Below, one piece after another: positions 60,131 through 64,000 of a stretch of DNA of 64,000 nucleotides; position 1 is the stretch's first letter, and every line of letters begins with the position of its first letter. The notes under the pieces are model-generated. The model saw nothing but the letters and a program-made list of their open reading frames with translations. It had not been told where the DNA came from and searched no databases. Origin of the DNA: a bacterium (GTDB lineage Bacteria; SAR324; XYD2-FULL-50-16; G965216635); contig OZ244188.1 in the NCBI GenBank assembly GCA_965216635.1, positions 192,001-256,000 on the forward strand, written 5' to 3'. Both the position numbers and the translations under genes were made by a program.

Positions 60131-62014
60131 ATGAAAATTTTGAAAAAGAAAAAAATCAATTTTTCTAGAAGAGTTTATCTTGTTCTCGCCTGTTTCTTTC
60201 TTGGTTCTTACTGTTTCTCTGGTTCGGGGGTTATTTTCGCTCAAAACTTTGAGTTAGTAGATAAAGAAACTTATGAAGAATATTACAAAAAACCGCTCTA
60301 TGTTCCAGATGTGCGTTTTTCTGGAGAATACCAATATAATGCTTTAAATTTTGAAGATTTTGCTGGTAATAGGCATATATCTTCTTGGCAGGGTTTTGAA
60401 TTGCGTCTACGAAGTGAGGTCAAAGAAAATTTGAAGCTTAATCTTTTATTTACCAACGAGCCTTACGAATGGGGCGAAACGAAGGAGGTTTATCGCTCTC
60501 GTGGGAACGGCAATAGGCAAAATCAAGCAAGACAGAATATCGGAATTTCTTTGCGGGAGTTTTACTTGGAATACAATAGCAATCCTCACGCTATTTTTCG
60601 TGCGGGTCGCCAGCCTATCAGCTTGGGTGATAAATTAGGCTTGATTTATGAGGGGGAAGCAGATGCTTTTACTATTAGCTGTCGTATTGGCACTTGGTGT
60701 TTGGAAGCAGGGCAGGCTAATTTTGGTGGTGGGATAAAAGCCTACGAATCGTATGGAATTACTACTTGGCTAGAGTTTTTTTATCCCGTCTATGAATCGG
60801 AGGAGACAATAGAAAACTATTGGATTGACAACGAGGAGAAGAAAAGAAAACATTCCCGATTGGATGTAGATATCTATCGTATAGACGACAAGCAAGACAG
60901 AGTCGCTGTGACTTCTTATGGGGGTAGAACCCATAACCCTTATCAAAATTCTGTAGGGGATATAGTCTATAGTCCTGATCATTTGCAAGTTGGAGTAATA
61001 GATGATTTTACTCTACAAACTAGAAGTTTTGATTTTAATGGAGATGAGACTATTGACGCTACTAATGATATTTTAGGAAGAGATGTGAAAGCTGGAATAG
61101 AAAATTCTATTTTCAGTGAATATGCTACGAGTAGCCCTTTTGATATTAATGGAGATGGTACTTTTGATAATCCCAACAAAGACGAATTCCTATTTCTAAT
61201 AAGACTTCCTGTTTTGAGAATAGATGCTATAGATAGCTATAGATCCATCAGTGTAGTTAAAAGTAATAACAAAGATATTAGCGCTGACTTTGCCTTTGAC
61301 TTACCCTTAAATCTAGAACGTGTTTATTTTGATAGGGAGCAACAAACTTTTGGTATTAATATTAAATGGTATGCCGGCAATTTTGGTTTGCTTTTTCATA
61401 CTGCTCAAAATTTTGGTAAAAAAGCCTACCACTATGGAGGAGGTGATAGCGATGCTGTGCCTGGTGCAGAAAGACAGACATTAGGAAGATTTTACCGTTT
61501 GGAATGGCAACAGCTAGCTGGCAGTTCTACCCAATTTGGGGCAGTAGCTTTTATGGCATCAGGTGGGAAAGCTAATTCTAACGATGACTTTCCTTGGAGC
61601 AATAACGATGGTTATTTTGAATGGAATAAAGGCACTTATGGAGATGCTCTGTTATATTTTGGAGGAAAAGAAAGCTATCTAGGACAGGCTCATTCGGTGA
61701 ATAATTTAGTTTATAGTAGTTTTTATTACAAATACCACGGTGCCGAACAAAATATCGGAGGCATTACGCGACTATTTAGCTTTAGTAGGAACGAACCTGT
61801 CTATAACGCAGCAGGTAAAAAAGTATCCTACATAGGTTGGGAGTGGGATTTAGAATTTTATAAATATATCTCTGATTCTTTAAAAATAAGTCTAGAGGCT
61901 GCTTATTTCAAACCTGGAAATGCTTACAGTCCAGATGATTCTACAAAACCCGGAGTAGATCCCATTCCTTCTAATATTACGCAGTATAATTTTAAGATAG
62001 AGTATAAATTCTAA
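60131..62014 (+). CDS. Outer-membrane beta-barrel protein (alginate-export-like) with acidic insert
   Basis: Signal peptide, LREFYLEY, RAGRQ, GWEWDL, terminal YKF. Confidence 0.65.
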   Translation: MKILKKKKINFSRRVYLVLACFFLGSYCFSGSGVIFAQNFELVDKETYEEYYKKPLYVPDVRFSGEYQYNALNFEDFAGNRHISSWQGFELRLRSEVKENLKLNLLFTNEPYEWGETKEVYRSRGNGNRQNQARQNIGISLREFYLEYNSNPHAIFRAGRQPISLGDKLGLIYEGEADAFTISCRIGTWCLEAGQANFGGGIKAYESYGITTWLEFFYPVYESEETIENYWIDNEEKKRKHSRLDVDIYRIDDKQDRVAVTSYGGRTHNPYQNSVGDIVYSPDHLQVGVIDDFTLQTRSFDFNGDETIDATNDILGRDVKAGIENSIFSEYATSSPFDINGDGTFDNPNKDEFLFLIRLPVLRIDAIDSYRSISVVKSNNKDISADFAFDLPLNLERVYFDREQQTFGINIKWYAGNFGLLFHTAQNFGKKAYHYGGGDSDAVPGAERQTLGRFYRLEWQQLAGSSTQFGAVAFMASGGKANSNDDFPWSNNDGYFEWNKGTYGDALLYFGGKESYLGQAHSVNNLVYSSFYYKYHGAEQNIGGITRLFSFSRNEPVYNAAGKKVSYIGWEWDLEFYKYISDSLKISLEAAYFKPGNAYSPDDSTKPGVDPIPSNITQYNFKIEYKF

Positions 62015-62015
62015 A

Positions 62016-62100
62016 TTAGACATTAGCGTTTTGCTTAGCCTATGCTTCGTTAATTTTTTTTTATCCCTTGCCTAGCCATCACATAACACTAATGCAATAA
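62016..62100. repeat. Degenerate MITE-like copy
   Basis: ttagcgttttgcttagcctatgc ... ccttgcctagccatcacataacactaat. Confidence 0.55.
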
Positions 62101-62240
62101 GCCTCTTTTAAATTAGACATTATTCGGAATTTAGTTTTTTAAAATTTTTTTGCAGTGTCTAGTTTGTCCTAGCTAGTTTGTACTATCTGGCCAATTCAAT
62201 AAATCTCTTTTAAACGAAATATAAGCTAAACAGAATACTA

Positions 62241-63566
62241 ATGAAAACAACACAATCCCAAAGACTATTCCAAGCCGCTAGCCAAAGTATAGCAGGCGGA
62301 GTCAATAGCCCTGTCCGAGCTTTTAAATCTGTTAATCTCCAACCTCTTTTTATTGAAAGAGCTACTGGCTCTAAAGTTTATGATGTAGATGGCAACGAAT
62401 ACATAGATTTTGTAGGCTCCTGGGGACCTATGATATTGGGGCACAATCATCCCGCTGTGCAAAAAAAAGTATGCGAAGCTGCAAAAAACGGCTTATCTTT
62501 CGGTGCTCCTTGCAGAAGTGAAGTGATTTTAGCAGAGAAAATCAAAAGTTTTTTTCCATCTATTGATCTGTTAAGAATGGTCAATTCTGGAACAGAGGCG
62601 GCTATGTCTGCTATCCGTTTAGCTCGTGGTTTCACTGGCAAAAATAAAATTATCAAGTTCATTGGTTGCTATCACGGTCACGCTGACTTTCTTTTAGTGC
62701 AGGCTGGTTCTGGTTCTAGCACTCTGAATACTCCAAATTCTGCGGGAGTGCCTCCTAATCTAGTGCAGGATACTTTGCTTGCAGATTTTAATTCTTTAGA
62801 GCAAGTAGAACAGTTAGTAGAAGAAAACTCGGACGAAATTGCAGCGATAATTATAGAGCCTATTGCGGGGAATATGGGCTTAATCACTCCTCAAAATAAT
62901 TTTTTGAAAGATTTAAGAAAATTTTGTGATTTGCACTCTATCTTGCTGATTTTTGACGAAGTTATGACGGGATTTCGGGTAGCCAAAGGAGGAGCGCAAG
63001 AGCTTTTTTCTATTCAAGCAGATTTGACTATTTTAGGAAAAATTATTGGTGGAGGTATGCCCGTCGGTGCTTATGGAGGAAGAAAAGATATTATGGATTG
63101 TCTTGCTCCTTTAGGAAAAGTCTATCAAGCTGGCACTCTTTCGGGAAATCCTATTGCAATGGCATCGGGTATAGCTACTTTAGAAGAATTGGAAAAAGAA
63201 GGTGTTTATGAAGAATTAGGACAAAAAACGAACTGGTTTATACAGTGTTTGCGTTCTGTTTTTGAAAAACACAATCTCCATTTTAGTATGAACTATGCGG
63301 GAGCTATGTTTGGTTTTTTTATAATGCAAAAAGATTTGCCACCAGAAAAATTCTCGGGAGATGTAAAAAACTACTCCGATGCTCAAAAAACCGATCAAGA
63401 TCTTTTTAGCAAACTTTTTAAACAACTTTTGATAAGAGGCGTCTACATTGCCCCTTCTGTTTTTGAGGCTGGTTTTATTTCGCTTGCTCACAGCGAAGAA
63501 GATTTACAAAAAACGGTGGATGTTTTTGATGAAGCACTGGGTAAAGTATTGAGCGAGCTGTTGTAA
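62241..63566 (+). CDS. hemL: Glutamate-1-semialdehyde 2,1-aminomutase
   Basis: GGVNSPVRAF, SWGPMILGH, NSGTEA, GKIIGGGMPVG, QAGTLSGNP. Confidence 0.96.
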   Translation: MKTTQSQRLFQAASQSIAGGVNSPVRAFKSVNLQPLFIERATGSKVYDVDGNEYIDFVGSWGPMILGHNHPAVQKKVCEAAKNGLSFGAPCRSEVILAEKIKSFFPSIDLLRMVNSGTEAAMSAIRLARGFTGKNKIIKFIGCYHGHADFLLVQAGSGSSTLNTPNSAGVPPNLVQDTLLADFNSLEQVEQLVEENSDEIAAIIIEPIAGNMGLITPQNNFLKDLRKFCDLHSILLIFDEVMTGFRVAKGGAQELFSIQADLTILGKIIGGGMPVGAYGGRKDIMDCLAPLGKVYQAGTLSGNPIAMASGIATLEELEKEGVYEELGQKTNWFIQCLRSVFEKHNLHFSMNYAGAMFGFFIMQKDLPPEKFSGDVKNYSDAQKTDQDLFSKLFKQLLIRGVYIAPSVFEAGFISLAHSEEDLQKTVDVFDEALGKVLSELL

Positions 63567-63581
63567 GCAATTCTATCCATA

Positions 63582-64000
63582 GTGCAAAGTCCTTTTTTTT
63601 CTGTTGTAATTCCTACCTATAACCGCAAAGAATTTTTAAAAAAAGCTATAGATTCTGTTTTGCAACAAAGCGAAAAAGATTGGGAGCTTTTGATTGTGGA
63701 CGATGGCTCTACCGATGGAAGTTCGCTAAAAGAAGAAATAGCCAAAAAAGATTATTCTCAAGAAAATATTCATTGGTTCACAAGAAAACATTTTGGAGTA
63801 AGTAGTGCTAGAAATCATGGAGTCAAACAAGCAAAAGGCGAGTGGATAGCGTTCTTGGATTCTGATGATTTGTGGCATCCTGAAAAACTTAAAAAACAAA
63901 AAGAGTTTGCCCGCCAATTCCCCAAGTATAGTATTTTTCAATGTGAAGAATTTTGGATGAAAAACAATTCACAGGTTAATTTACCACAAAAACATTATAA
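63582..64000 (+). CDS. Family 2 glycosyltransferase (partial, runs off the window; absent from the ORF track)
   Basis: GTG start; [30 protein letters not shown]. Confidence 0.88.
   Translation, partial: MQSPFFSVVIPTYNRKEFLKKAIDSVLQQSEKDWELLIVDDGSTDGSSLKEEIAKKDYSQENIHWFTRKHFGVSSARNHGVKQAKGEWIAFLDSDDLWHPEKLKKQKEFARQFPKYSIFQCEEFWMKNNSQVNLPQKHY

Noticed and set aside
406..63941. Numerous short antisense or alternate-frame ORFs (e.g. 406..759, 27720..28148, 49881..50324, 63726..63941)
   Set aside because: Shadows of well-supported genes with no motifs of their own

Overview
An AT-rich chromosomal window from a Gram-negative, respiring bacterium. The taxon cannot be fixed from the sequence. The gene mix (alternative complex III, heme synthesis, TRAP transport, Mla) and the abundant repeats and variable surface-protein paralogs fit a deltaproteobacteria/SAR324-like, possibly host-associated lineage; this is inference only. 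Housekeeping genes: dapA, mlaF/mlaD-like, clpB, fumC, hemB, hemH, hemL, argD, IHF/HU, mtaB and an actA-F operon. Main observations: (1) A four-gene locus has two paralogs of the spirochete cytoplasmic filament protein CfpA flanking a gene with an HPr-like C-terminal domain and a PPDK homolog. The PPDK homolog has lost its ATP-grasp motifs but keeps its phospho-His and PEP sites, suggesting a PTS-like phosphorelay attached to a cytoskeletal filament. (2) Beta-barrel surface proteins carry large variable inserts, one with matched ascending and descending repeats around a 6-Cys knob. (3) The act operon is interrupted by defence/toxin-antitoxin-like cassettes bounded by copies of the actC 5' end. 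(4) A modular MITE-like repeat family occupies many intergenic spaces and overlaps some stop codons. (5) An amine transport/catabolism cluster lies divergent from a histidine/serine decarboxylase-family gene. No rRNA, tRNA, CRISPR array, integrase or transposase was recognised. All assignments are by eye from motifs; no searches were run.
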